A DNA stretch of 64,000 bases from Candidatus Delongbacteria bacterium (GTDB lineage: Bacteria > CAIWAD01). The notes below the pieces were generated by a model. The model was not told where the DNA came from. It searched no databases and saw only the letters and a list, made by a program, of their open reading frames with translations. The stretch is taken from contig OY760505.1 in NCBI GenBank assembly GCA_963663545.1, positions 1 through 64,000 of the forward strand, given 5' to 3'. Below are positions 49,275 through 59,734 of the stretch, in pieces. A program made the translations under genes and the position numbers. How positions within the stretch are numbered: position 1 is the first letter of the stretch; each line of letters opens with the position of its first letter.

Positions 49275-49430
49275 ATGCAGCGAAGTTTTAGTCGAACGAT
49301 TCTTCTGGTTGTCTACGGCGTTGCGATGGCGATCCTGCTGTTCACGCGCTCGTTCCTTGAGGCAGGAATACTAACAGCGGTCTTTGCGTGGCAGTTTTAC
49401 CGGATGAGTCGAAAACGCGAGAAGCGATAG
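49275..49430 (+). CDS. Small two-helix membrane protein (51 aa, not in ORF track)
   Basis: RBS GGGGAG; MQRSFSRTILLVVYGVAMAILLFTRSFLEAGILTAVFAWQFYRMSRKREKR*. Confidence 0.6.
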   Translation: MQRSFSRTILLVVYGVAMAILLFTRSFLEAGILTAVFAWQFYRMSRKREKR

Positions 49431-49438
49431 CCAAGCAG

Positions 49439-49490
<52 letters not shown>

Positions 49491-49762
49491 GAGGAAGCCG
49501 CGCGCCCGCCCTTTCTGCTTGCAGAATCACGCTGTAATCTTTAGTCTTAGGCTCACATTGACCCACGGTTCAGCCGGTGTCCCCCTGAAGCATGCGCGCC
49601 TCGCAGAAGTACCGGCGATACCTAATCTTCACTTCTCTTTGTGCTGCAACCCGATTCCACGAGGTGCAGGTCCGGCTGACCTCAATGTGATTACGCCCGA
49701 CATGTTCATGCTGCTGCGTGATACAGGCTGAGGCTCAAGGATCTGCACAAAGGGAGGTCACC

Positions 49763-51517
49763 GTGTCCACTATTGGTGATACAAGAAGCGACTCCTCCGA
49801 ACTTGATCGCTATCAGCGTACTACGGCAGCGCTCTTTCGCCTGCTGGAATACGCTACAAATCACAGTTCGCAGGAACTGCTGCAGGAGTTTCTGGACGAA
49901 GCCGAGACCCTTACCGGAAGCAAAATCGGATTCTTTCACTACGTCGAGGAAGATCAGGTCACTCTGTCACTGCAGACCTGGTCCAGCAACACACTGCGCA
50001 ATTGCAGCGCGCCGGGCGCCGGGACACACTATCCGATCAACAACGCCGGTGTCTGGGTGGATTGCGTTCGCGTGGGTGCTCCCGTGATACACAACGACTA
50101 CGCCACTATGTCGGGCAAACGCGGCTTGCCCGAAGGCCACGCAGAAGTCATTCGCGAACTGGTCGTTCCCGTGATACGCGGCGGAAAGCTCAAAGCCATC
50201 TTGGGCGTCGGTAACAAGGCGGAATTCTATGACGATGGTGACCAGCAGGTTGTATCACAGTTGGCGAGTCTAGCCTGGGAGACCGTTGAGCGAAAGCGTC
50301 GCGAAGAAGAACGTGACCATCTGCGTGGTGAATTGACTCAGTCCCAGAAACTGGAATCCATTGGTCGTCTGGCAGGTGGAGTGGCACACGACTACAACAA
50401 TATGCTCACCGTGATACAGGGGCATCTTGATCTGGCAATCCAGTCCATTGACCGTGAAAGCGAATTGTATCACGATCTGCAGGAAGCCTACCGTGCAGCA
50501 GAACGATCAGCCGCTTTGACGCGTCAGCTACTGGCCTTCGCGCGAAAGCAGGCCACTATCCCCAAACACGTGCAAGTGAACGAAAGCATCGAGGATATGC
50601 TGGGCATGCTTCGGCGAATTCTGGGAGAGGGGATCGAACTCTGCTGGCAGCCGAGCGAACACCCGGCCTGTGTCTTCATGGATCCCACCCAGCTGGACCA
50701 GGTGCTGGCGAACTTGTGCGTCAATGCCCGTGACGCACTATCCGGACACGGGCGTATTCTGGTGCGTACTCGCGAGATCGAACTGGATGCTGTGGATTGC
50801 CATTCGCATGCAGACGCACGACCGGGCCGCTTCTTGCTACTCAGCGTCTACGATAACGGTTGCGGGATCGCTCCGGATCAGCTTCCGCACATCTTTGAGC
50901 CTTTCTACACGAACAAGGAATCTGGCCTGGGCACAGGACTGGGATTGGCTACCGTGTACGGCATCGTGCAGCAGAACGGCGGTTTCATCGAGGTGGATAG
51001 CACCCCCGGCAAAGGAAGCAGCTTCAACGTCTATTTTCCCCGTAGCGAGGGCGCCCCAGACCCGGAGTCAGAGGCACCAGTCCACTACCGGGATCAGGTG
51101 GGCGCGGAGACCATTCTGCTGGTGGAAGATGAACCCATGCTGCTCAGCCTGGCAACGCGCATTCTTCACTCATTGGGCTATCGCGTCTTTCCCGCTGCGG
51201 ACGCCGAGCAGGCCATCAGTCTGGGGCATCGCCTGGGGCCAGTTCTCAATTTGCTGATTACCGATGTGGTCATGCCCATGCAGAACGGTCAGGATCTGGC
51301 GCATTATCTGCGGCGCAGGAATCCGGAACTGAAAGTGCTCTACATTTCCGCCTACCCCGCACAAGTGCTTGAGGGAAATGACAACCCTAAGGAGCAAGCC
51401 ACTTTTCTGCAGAAGCCGTTCTCGGCACACGAGCTGGCAAGGAAAGTGCGCTTTGTCTTTGATGGCAGTTTGCACCGCGAATACAGAGTGATTCATAGTA
51501 ATAACGACATGAAATAA
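49763..51517 (+). CDS. Hybrid histidine kinase (GAF-HisKA-HATPase-REC)
   Basis: GVAHDYNN, NLCVNARDA, DNGCG, GTGLGL, LLVEDE, LITDVVMP; RBS GGGAGG before GTG 49763. Confidence 0.92.
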   Translation: MSTIGDTRSDSSELDRYQRTTAALFRLLEYATNHSSQELLQEFLDEAETLTGSKIGFFHYVEEDQVTLSLQTWSSNTLRNCSAPGAGTHYPINNAGVWVDCVRVGAPVIHNDYATMSGKRGLPEGHAEVIRELVVPVIRGGKLKAILGVGNKAEFYDDGDQQVVSQLASLAWETVERKRREEERDHLRGELTQSQKLESIGRLAGGVAHDYNNMLTVIQGHLDLAIQSIDRESELYHDLQEAYRAAERSAALTRQLLAFARKQATIPKHVQVNESIEDMLGMLRRILGEGIELCWQPSEHPACVFMDPTQLDQVLANLCVNARDALSGHGRILVRTREIELDAVDCHSHADARPGRFLLLSVYDNGCGIAPDQLPHIFEPFYTNKESGLGTGLGLATVYGIVQQNGGFIEVDSTPGKGSSFNVYFPRSEGAPDPESEAPVHYRDQVGAETILLVEDEPMLLSLATRILHSLGYRVFPAADAEQAISLGHRLGPVLNLLITDVVMPMQNGQDLAHYLRRRNPELKVLYISAYPAQVLEGNDNPKEQATFLQKPFSAHELARKVRFVFDGSLHREYRVIHSNNDMK

Positions 51518-51643
51518 TTCGTATCAAAAATAGTTAGGCTGCAGGAACATTGTCGTTATGAAGTAGTTTGAGCTCCCATCTGCTGCACGAAGAGCCCAAG
51601 GGTGGTGCGCAGGAAAGTGAAACAACAACTTTCGGAGATGAAA

Positions 51644-52351
51644 ATGGAACAGCAAGAAGTACACAGCATGCCCCGCATTGGTGATCAGGCCCCGTCCTTC
51701 AAGGCGGTGACCACTCAGGGTCCGATTGATTTTCCGGCGCAATACAAGGGGAGCTGGGTGATCCTATTCAGTCATCCTGCCGATTTTACACCGGTCTGCA
51801 CCTCCGAGTTCATGACCTTTGCGACCCTGCAGGAGAAGTTCAACAAGGCCAATACGCAGCTTGTGGGTCTCTCTGTTGACGGTTTGTACAGCCACATCGC
51901 CTGGTTGCGCACCATCAAGGAGAAGATCGAATACAAGGGCATGAAGGATGTCGAAGTGACCTTCCCGCTGATCGAGGATATCTCGATGAATGTGGCCAAG
52001 CTCTACGGCATGATTCAGCCCGGCGAGAGCACCACCCAGGCGGTGCGCGCTGTCTTCGTCATCGATCCCAAGGGCGTGGTTCGTACCGTATTGTACTACC
52101 CGCTGAGCCTGGGTCGGAACTTCGACGAGCTCTATCGTATCGTAGTGGCGCTGCAGACGGCCGATGAGTTTGGCGTGGCCACGCCCGCCGACTGGCAGCC
52201 CGGCGATGATGTAATCGTTCCGCCAGCCGGTTCCTGCGGCGTAGCCAAGGAGCGCATGGAGAACAAGGATGATGTGACCTGCCACGACTGGTTCTTCTGC
52301 ACGAAGCCCATTGACAAGGAAACCGTGTTGAAGCGTGTCCTGAAGAGCTGA
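51644..52351 (+). CDS. Peroxiredoxin (Prx6-type with C-terminal cysteines)
   Basis: FSHPADFTPVCTSE, GRNFDE, ATPADW, CHDWFFC. Confidence 0.95.
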   Translation: MEQQEVHSMPRIGDQAPSFKAVTTQGPIDFPAQYKGSWVILFSHPADFTPVCTSEFMTFATLQEKFNKANTQLVGLSVDGLYSHIAWLRTIKEKIEYKGMKDVEVTFPLIEDISMNVAKLYGMIQPGESTTQAVRAVFVIDPKGVVRTVLYYPLSLGRNFDELYRIVVALQTADEFGVATPADWQPGDDVIVPPAGSCGVAKERMENKDDVTCHDWFFCTKPIDKETVLKRVLKS

Positions 52352-52372
52352 TGTGATACAAGACCTAACGCG

Positions 52373-52400
52373 AAGCCCCGGCCAACACCGGGGCTTTTCT
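52373..52400 (+). terminator. Intrinsic terminator between convergent genes
   Basis: AAGCCCCGG-ccaaca-CCGGGGCTT then TTCT. Confidence 0.85.
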
Positions 52401-52419
52401 ATGCAAGCAAAAATGTCAC

Positions 52420-55380
52420 CTACGTTGTTGAAGCGGGAGGTAGCAGGACTTTGAAGCTGCTGCCTATTCCCGGCTCACTCTCGACAAGAATGCGACCGCC
52501 ATGTTGGTGCACGATGCCGTGTACCGTCGCTAGGCCCAACCCTGTCCCCTTGCCTTCTTCCTTTGTGGTAAAGAAGGGCTCAAAGAGTCGTGTCCGGACT
52601 TCTTCGCTCATGCCTATGCCCGTGTCACGAATCTCAAGCATTACCCACTCTGCATCGTGCTTGTCAGAGTCGCCGTTGTGATACATCGAAGTACAAATGG
52701 AGAGCTGCCCGCCTTTGGGCATTGCATCACGCGCATTGAGCACAAGATTCAATAACACTTGCTTGATCTGGCTGGCATCGGCGAAAAGCGGTGTGATACG
52801 GTCACCCAGTTGCATATCCAAATGCGTGTGACCCGCCAGACCACGGCGCAGCAGATCCAGCACTTCCAGGATGAGATCATTCAGCGATACGCGCATGAGT
52901 CGCAGTTCCTGCTGGCGACCGAAGGCAAGCAGTTGCTTCACTAGCGTTTGCGCCAGATCGGCACTTTGTCGAATGTGACTTAGCGAAGTGAGCTGGTCCT
53001 CTTCTTTCAGTTCATGGGCCAGTATTTCGCAGTAGCCGATAATGGGTGTGAGCAGGTTGTTCAGGTCATGTGCTACACCACCCGCCAGACTGCCCATGTT
53101 TTCCAGCCGCTGCCCGGCTTTGGCCTTTTCTTCGTAGCGTCGCAGTTCCGTTATATCCTGAAAAAGGCCGACCGCGGCAATGATTTTACCATCCTTGTCT
53201 CGTACTGGAGCCGCACTGCCGTGCAGTACTCGATGCAAACCCTGCGAATTCAGGATGACAGCTTCCTGGTTTTGTGTCACACAACCTTCGCGAATGGCGC
53301 GCACCAGCGGAGTTTGTTCCAGGCGCAGTTCCTCGCTCTGGCTGTTCCAGCTCTTCCAGATATGCATGAGTTCGCTGATGTGCAAGCCCTCGAAGGAGGA
53401 GCATTCAGAACTGAAGGATTGGTTGGTGGTAATATTGGTTAGCCGGACGCGCAAATCAGTGCCGATGATGATCATGGCAATGGGCGACTGCTCAAGTGCT
53501 GAGTGTAGCAGTCCTTCCAGCTCCTGGCGTGCACGTTCCAACTCGACCCAATCGCTGATATCATGGGCGACGATCATCAAGGCCTTGTCTTCTTCCCAAT
53601 GAATCAGTGTGGCGCTAGGCTCAATCCAGTGCCCGTTGATGATCTTCACCTGTAGACGTTCCGTGAGCGCTTTGCCCTCAAGCAGCGCTTGCCTTTTCTG
53701 AGCCACAGCTTCTCTGAATTCGGGAGCCAGAAGACTGCTGTATTCCATACCGATCAGGGTTGCCGGATCCTGATTCATCATGTGTCCACACTTGGTGTTG
53801 GCAAAGACCACTTTGCGATCCTTAACCACCAGAATCGCCTCGTTGGCATTTTCGATCAGGCTGCGGTATTTGTCCTCGCGATGGGCGAGCTCGGAGTACA
53901 GCTCCTCGCGTTCTCTGCGCCTAAGAAGTGCGTGTGTCACAAGAATCGACGTGGTCGCCGTCAAGAGAGCGCCCAGGATGCTGACGAGGAGGCTAAGACC
54001 TTCCAGGTAGCCGGTCGGGGTCTGCGTACTACAAACGCGCAGGGCCAGCGTCTGACCGAACACATAGACTGGCCAAGTGGTGCAAGGCCCGATACCCAGT
54101 GGTCCACACGCCGGCACCAGGACCCGATTTGTGTTGTCAGGGCGAATCAATAGAAGCTCTTGCACGAAGGGAAGCGATCTGGAGCCTGGATGCGTCGGCA
54201 TCATCAGTTCGCGATCCAGGTGCAACACTGCGCCAAGTTGCCTGAACTCGCCTTCCGGCGCAGGAAGGGGGAGGTAAAGGCGCAGACTAGGGCCATCGAA
54301 CTCGCCGTCACTTGTCCAGCCGCTTAAAATCCGCCGAGGCCCACTCTTTTCAGGCTGCCTCCAGGGAGCCAATTGCTCAAGTGGTCCCTGCAGAAGCGTG
54401 AATGTGGTCAGCTTCGTGCGCATGCTGTCTTGCGAAAGGTGCGCTAGCGAGCGCGTCACAGTCTCGCCACTGGCCTCCTGCGTGGCTACTTCCAGCAGAT
54501 TTGCCAGCCGAAACAAGTTTTGCTCTTGCTCCTGCAGTTGCCGGTTCAGCGTACCGACACATTGGCTTTCGGCCAACTCAACGAAATGACCTTCGCTCGT
54601 AAGCAGTTCGTGTTGGTGCACGAAGTACACACAACCTGCTGTCAGCGCGATACCCAGCAGCGGCACCAGCCAGCTTTCGGTCCAGCGGAGCCAGAAAGGA
54701 ATAGGCGGATGCATCAGTTCGCGCCAGCTCAGCAGCAGCCCGCCCAGCAGCAGGATCAGTACCGGGAGCAAGACCAAACTTATCCCCGTCACAAGAGCGT
54801 CGCGCAAACGAGCTCTCCAGCGGCTGGCTTCTATGTCCATCCCCAGTACCAGCCGGTCGCCGTCGTGTGTCACATGGGCAGCGAAGGCTGAGACAAAGGT
54901 GCCGTATTCGTCGGTGTAGGGGCCCGCCGTGCTTGCTTCCTGTCCGCCGAAAATCGGGAGAATTTCGTCCGGCGGCTGGTGATACAATTCGCCCAACGGA
55001 GAAGCTTGGGGATCACTGCGCGAATAGCTTTCCGGGCCGAAGTGGATGCCATCCTCTTCGAGCTTCATCAGATAAACACCGCGGCAGCCGACAATGGAAC
55101 GGCAGGTGGCAAAGAACTCGCAAAGGCGCTGATACTCAGCATTTGTGGAGTCGGCGGCGTCAAAGGATGGTGTTTTGTCGAGGCTCTGATGCAGTAGGTC
55201 GGTAACGGAGTGCAAGCGAAACAGCAGGTCGTCACGCATGTCGCGATCACACTCCTCCCGCTGCCACAATCCGGCCAGCATTGCGACTGGCAGGGTTATC
55301 AGTAGAAGAAGAAAGAGGTGTCGTGAGCCTTGAGCACCTGGTCCCTGGTGCTTTGCTGGCCAGCCGAAATTGGTCTGCAT
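52420..55380 (-). CDS. Membrane sensor histidine kinase with two PAS domains
   Basis: Periplasmic GPYTDEYGTFVS sensor, PAS/PAC, GVAHDLNN, GTGLGL; no receiver domain. Confidence 0.9.
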   Translation of the reverse strand: MQTNFGWPAKHQGPGAQGSRHLFLLLLITLPVAMLAGLWQREECDRDMRDDLLFRLHSVTDLLHQSLDKTPSFDAADSTNAEYQRLCEFFATCRSIVGCRGVYLMKLEEDGIHFGPESYSRSDPQASPLGELYHQPPDEILPIFGGQEASTAGPYTDEYGTFVSAFAAHVTHDGDRLVLGMDIEASRWRARLRDALVTGISLVLLPVLILLLGGLLLSWRELMHPPIPFWLRWTESWLVPLLGIALTAGCVYFVHQHELLTSEGHFVELAESQCVGTLNRQLQEQEQNLFRLANLLEVATQEASGETVTRSLAHLSQDSMRTKLTTFTLLQGPLEQLAPWRQPEKSGPRRILSGWTSDGEFDGPSLRLYLPLPAPEGEFRQLGAVLHLDRELMMPTHPGSRSLPFVQELLLIRPDNTNRVLVPACGPLGIGPCTTWPVYVFGQTLALRVCSTQTPTGYLEGLSLLVSILGALLTATTSILVTHALLRRREREELYSELAHREDKYRSLIENANEAILVVKDRKVVFANTKCGHMMNQDPATLIGMEYSSLLAPEFREAVAQKRQALLEGKALTERLQVKIINGHWIEPSATLIHWEEDKALMIVAHDISDWVELERARQELEGLLHSALEQSPIAMIIIGTDLRVRLTNITTNQSFSSECSSFEGLHISELMHIWKSWNSQSEELRLEQTPLVRAIREGCVTQNQEAVILNSQGLHRVLHGSAAPVRDKDGKIIAAVGLFQDITELRRYEEKAKAGQRLENMGSLAGGVAHDLNNLLTPIIGYCEILAHELKEEDQLTSLSHIRQSADLAQTLVKQLLAFGRQQELRLMRVSLNDLILEVLDLLRRGLAGHTHLDMQLGDRITPLFADASQIKQVLLNLVLNARDAMPKGGQLSICTSMYHNGDSDKHDAEWVMLEIRDTGIGMSEEVRTRLFEPFFTTKEEGKGTGLGLATVHGIVHQHGGRILVESEPGIGSSFKVLLPPASTT

Positions 55381-55461
55381 TCAGACTCCGAATAGGTCCC
55401 GCATGAAAGATGACTATGCTATCGGAATTGCTGAACTGAAGCTTGATGCAGGGACCAGCTT

Positions 55462-56949
55462 TCAAGAGAATGCGTGACGTGACACCTTTCGAAAATGAAA
55501 ACCGTAGACAGCCATCGTGATAGCAGTCGGGAGTTTCTGTGGGCAGTGAAAAATGCTGTGTGCAAACAAACGCCAATAATACCATCTCGCATGATCCAGA
55601 ATCCCCAGGCGCCAAATGCTTCGAACCAGTGCTTTCAGCATGGTTAGTGAAAACCGCGGACGCTGAGTGCGCGCAGGATGGAAATCTTTCAGAAATGCCT
55701 TGACGCGTCTGAAGTAGACATCTGGACGATACACGGTCTCAAGGATTTCCCGATATCCGCGTAACAATTCGCCATAGTCCATCTTCGGAATGAAGTTCAT
55801 TGTGCCGTCCATGTTATTGCCAGTAATGCCGGTGGCAAGCAGCCGATTCTCGCTGAACATTCGCTTGTACAACCGCGTTCCGATGGGAGCATTCAGCAGT
55901 CCGATCATGGCGGTTACAACTGAGCTATTACGGATGAAGTCAATCTGTTGATGGAAGACCGAGGTGGTATCGCTGTCAAAACCGACGATGAATCCCGCTG
56001 CAACACGCATTCCGTAGCGATGGAGGGTCCGCACGCTTTCTATCAGGTTTACGCTGAGGTTCTGTGACTTGCCGCATTCGCTAAGACTTTCTGTGTTGGG
56101 CGTTTCGATACCAAGGAACACGCACTCAAAACCGGCTTCGGCCATCAACGACATCAGCTCATGATCCTCGGCAAGTTCAACCGAGGCTTCTGTAGTAAAT
56201 AGAAAACGGGCACCGCTTGCTGCTTTCCAGCGGATGAGTGCTGGCAGCAACTCTTCCTTGAGGACGCGCGCCTTACCGATGAAATTGTCGTCCACGATGA
56301 AGATGTTGTTCTTCCAGCCAGCTTTGCGCAAGGCTTCCAGTTCGGCAATGAACTGAGCCGTTTGCTTTGTACGCGGGCGGTGTCCATTAAGCATGCCGAT
56401 ACTGCAGAACTCACAGTGATAAGGACATCCGCGGGAGTACTGAATGTTCATGCTGGCATAAGCCTTTATCTGCAGCAGGTCCCAGCGTGGAATAGGTGTG
56501 GCTGCAAGATCGGGGAAATCCGGTGAGGTATAGACCGTTTTTGCACAACCGGCCTCCAGGTCACGCAGGAAAAGCGGGAGCGTGATTTCGGCTTCATTTA
56601 GGACGTAATGGTCGATCCCTTGAAACCCCTCGCGGTTGGTGCTGAGCATGGGGCCACCAGCAACTACCTTTTTGCAGAGGGTCGTGCAGCGCACCAGCAC
56701 CTTCTGGAAGGATGAGCGCTGAATGTCCATACCGGTCAGGAAGACCATGTCTGCCCATCGCAAGTCCTTGTCTGTCAGTGACTCAATATCCATATCCACT
56801 AGTCTGCATTCCCAGCTGACAGGCAGCATGGCTGCTACAGTCAACAAGCCTAGAGGGGGGCCCGCCGCGCGCTTGGCGACAAAGGGTAGAGCATTGTGAT
56901 AGTTATGGAAGGTAGGAGGTGTTTTAGGGTTTACCAGCAGGATGCGCAT
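55462..56949 (-). CDS. B12-binding domain radical SAM protein (DUF4070-type)
   Basis: PPLGLLTVAAML, RGCPYHCEFC, IVDDNFIG, GFIVGFDSD. Confidence 0.92.
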   Translation of the reverse strand: MRILLVNPKTPPTFHNYHNALPFVAKRAAGPPLGLLTVAAMLPVSWECRLVDMDIESLTDKDLRWADMVFLTGMDIQRSSFQKVLVRCTTLCKKVVAGGPMLSTNREGFQGIDHYVLNEAEITLPLFLRDLEAGCAKTVYTSPDFPDLAATPIPRWDLLQIKAYASMNIQYSRGCPYHCEFCSIGMLNGHRPRTKQTAQFIAELEALRKAGWKNNIFIVDDNFIGKARVLKEELLPALIRWKAASGARFLFTTEASVELAEDHELMSLMAEAGFECVFLGIETPNTESLSECGKSQNLSVNLIESVRTLHRYGMRVAAGFIVGFDSDTTSVFHQQIDFIRNSSVVTAMIGLLNAPIGTRLYKRMFSENRLLATGITGNNMDGTMNFIPKMDYGELLRGYREILETVYRPDVYFRRVKAFLKDFHPARTQRPRFSLTMLKALVRSIWRLGILDHARWYYWRLFAHSIFHCPQKLPTAITMAVYGFHFRKVSRHAFS

Positions 56950-57263
56950 GGGAATCTCCTTGGAATGAATACGACCGATAGTTGGCGCTGAAGCCGTACC
57001 CGGGGGGATTCATGTAATAGGAGTCCCAGATCCAACTTTGCGAGAACGCTGCGAGTGGAAGGTGACGATTCCAGTTGGATTAGACTATCCTTTTCCGAGG
57101 TATCGCAAGATTCCACTTCCCCAGAACCTACTACCAGTCAAGGCTGAAGCAGGGGTCTTGTGTAATTATTTAGGAGAAGGGAAGCTGCATGTTCGCATTC
57201 GTCCAGCATTCGGGGGCTTTCAGGCGCGTTCAATCTCATCGTGATAATCCTATGGTGCGGAAT

Positions 57264-58148
57264 TCAGGGGATTGCATAGTGTGCCCAAGGATCGCGACAA
57301 ACAGTCGTGATACCAGCCTTGCTGGCATAGCAGTAAACACAGCCGTGAGCGCACTGATTGTAAATGCCGATGTCGCGCGCGCGTGCGCATCCGCAACCAG
57401 GACGCGTTGGTGCGCTGGCAATGGCGCCGGGCAGAAGTGTGTTGGCCTCTTCGAAAAAAGTGGCATCGATGCAGGCGGCACGCCGAATGCCCGGAGTTTG
57501 CAGAAGCTCCTCTTCGCAGCAGGCCAGCGGTTGCAGTTCGTTTTCCAATGCAATCTGCACTAGCTCCGCTGCCAGAGCGGCACGCATTTCGTGCGCGGGC
57601 GTGAAGACCAGCGAGTTCCCCTCGCCGTCGCGTGGCAGGCGAGCCTCAATCTTGCGGTAGCGATCCAGCCAACTTAGGTAGACGTAGTGTTGGTGGCCGC
57701 GCAGTTCCTTTGCCAGCTCAGCGAAGCGATTCAGCAGAAACTCGACGGGCGTCAACCGCGAAAGCAGCAAAGGATCAAAGCGCCAGCGTACGGCCTCCGG
57801 GCCTAATTCGTCAGCAAGCCTGAGCAAGTCGTCACGCGTCTCCTGCATCGGAGGAGCGTTGACTTCGAGTTCGCGCGGGTATCCCAGCAGACTTACCTGC
57901 ACCAGAATGCGCCGACGGCCGAAGAGCGCGTCTAGTTCGGGTAATGCCTGCAGGAGGGCGCCCGGGCGCCGCGTCCAGAAGACGACGCCGAGCAGTGCTT
58001 CGCTACGCAGGTCCACACGGGAGATCTGTCCGCCGATGGGATTGGGCACAGGAATCCAACCACGCCTGCACCAGCGCAGAAAGGCTGGCAGTTGAAATGC
58101 GGGCAGATCCATGCGTCGGCTGGCAGAGATGATCAGTCGCTTGTCCAT
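57264..58148 (-). CDS. DUF1848 family protein
   Basis: IISASRRxDLPAF, VFWT, WRFDP, CxC..DIG.Y..C.HGC.YCYA. Confidence 0.88.
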   Translation of the reverse strand: MDKRLIISASRRMDLPAFQLPAFLRWCRRGWIPVPNPIGGQISRVDLRSEALLGVVFWTRRPGALLQALPELDALFGRRRILVQVSLLGYPRELEVNAPPMQETRDDLLRLADELGPEAVRWRFDPLLLSRLTPVEFLLNRFAELAKELRGHQHYVYLSWLDRYRKIEARLPRDGEGNSLVFTPAHEMRAALAAELVQIALENELQPLACCEEELLQTPGIRRAACIDATFFEEANTLLPGAIASAPTRPGCGCARARDIGIYNQCAHGCVYCYASKAGITTVCRDPWAHYAIP

Positions 58149-58183
58149 AAGCTCTTGTGAACCCTCGACAAGGTCGGGCGACG

Positions 58184-59494
58184 TCAGCCCGTTGCCGGCG
58201 CCTCGTCCTGAAGTAACATTTCGCGTAGGCTCAATCCCTGGCGGTACATCAACCACGCTGCCAGGATCAGCAGGCAGGTGGCGCAGGCAAAGGTCGCATG
58301 CCAGCCGAAGGTGTTGCGCACAAACCAGCCCAGCAGCGGGCCCACCAAGCCACGCAATCCCGTCAGGGTGACATGGATTCCCTGATAGGTGGCGGCGCTT
58401 TCCTTGCCGGCAAAGACCAGGCTGGACATCGACCAGGCGACGGCCACGCCGCTCATGGCAATTCCCTGCAGCAGGAAGCTGGCCAGAAAGAGTGCGTTGC
58501 GCAAGGGGCCTTCCGGTACAAGCGAGCAACTCGCCAGCAGCAGCGGAAAGAACGCCAGCAGACCGAAGATGCGTGCGCAGAAACTGGCCGGGTCCAGCCG
58601 ATCGTGGTGTGCGCCCAGGTAGGGCAGACTGAAGATGCTGGACAAACGAAATGCCGCCACCTGCCCCAGCGAGATCATCGCGTAGCTCAGCCCCAGACCG
58701 GTGACCAGATAGCCGGGCTGCACCGTGCCCACCATGAAGAAGGCCAGGCCGTAGAGCATGAACTGCATTTCCCAGCGAAAGAAGGCGCGATTGCGATTCA
58801 GCAGGCTGCCCATGCGCAAAATGGGCTGATGTAGTCGACGCCAGTGGGGTAGAGCCAAACCCATCCAGCGCGGGCTACCCAGGACGGCGGCTTCACGATG
58901 CTCGTCCACCGGAACGCTGAACTGCAGAATGCGCTCCAGCACACCGAAGAGGGCGATAGCGGCGAACACCCAGCGCCAGTTCTCGCTGCCCGCATCCAAG
59001 AAATGGCCCAGCGGATAGCTGACCAGCAGGATGGTCAACGCGGTCAACGAGGCCAGTCGGCCATAAAGAAAGCTGCGCCTCTCGCGCGGATAGTTGGCCT
59101 GCATGATGCGGTTGCGCAGGGGAATGTTGAGGGAGTTGTGAAATTCGTACAGCAGCAAGAGCAGCAGCAGAAGCCGCATACTGCCCCAGGCGTACATAAG
59201 CGCGAGAGGGGCAACGCCGGCAAAAGCGCAGAGCAGAAAGAGGCGGTTCCAGCGACGCAGACGCGCGATCAACTCGGCCCAGTAGATCGAGAGTAAAAAG
59301 CATACCGGTGCCACCATCATTAGCAGCATGATGTGCAAATCATTGGCGCCCAGGCTCTTGGCGGCTATGGTGGCGATCAGGCTGGTTCCAGCCTGACTGA
59401 GGCCATCGATGTGGGCAGCGGGGATCTGGCGACCAAGGGTGCGACGAGCCAACTCAGGCAGCGTGTCCCAATCGAATAGACGGCGCAGGAACAA
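58184..59494 (-). CDS. MFS-type transporter
   Basis: About 12 TM helices, NYP..R, GLRGLVGP; start codon uncertain. Confidence 0.8.
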   Translation of the reverse strand: MFLRRLFDWDTLPELARRTLGRQIPAAHIDGLSQAGTSLIATIAAKSLGANDLHIMLLMMVAPVCFLLSIYWAELIARLRRWNRLFLLCAFAGVAPLALMYAWGSMRLLLLLLLLYEFHNSLNIPLRNRIMQANYPRERRSFLYGRLASLTALTILLVSYPLGHFLDAGSENWRWVFAAIALFGVLERILQFSVPVDEHREAAVLGSPRWMGLALPHWRRLHQPILRMGSLLNRNRAFFRWEMQFMLYGLAFFMVGTVQPGYLVTGLGLSYAMISLGQVAAFRLSSIFSLPYLGAHHDRLDPASFCARIFGLLAFFPLLLASCSLVPEGPLRNALFLASFLLQGIAMSGVAVAWSMSSLVFAGKESAATYQGIHVTLTGLRGLVGPLLGWFVRNTFGWHATFACATCLLILAAWLMYRQGLSLREMLLQDEAPATG

Positions 59495-59734
59495 GACGAA
59501 CTCCCGGGCGGACTACGTACCACTTGCCCTTCGGACAGGAATCAGTTGCTGTATCACGAAATACGTCCACCACCTTTGAAACCTTAAGTTCGCGAACTAC
59601 GGGCTAGGCGCAAAGTGGCTGAATTGTGTAGCGGAGGCTGCGGTTCGTATACCAAAAACTTTTTCAATCAAATCCAGAAAAAACAGAATTACGCCCTTGC
59701 TGTGTCGATAATGAGTGGGATCCAAGGAGAACTC

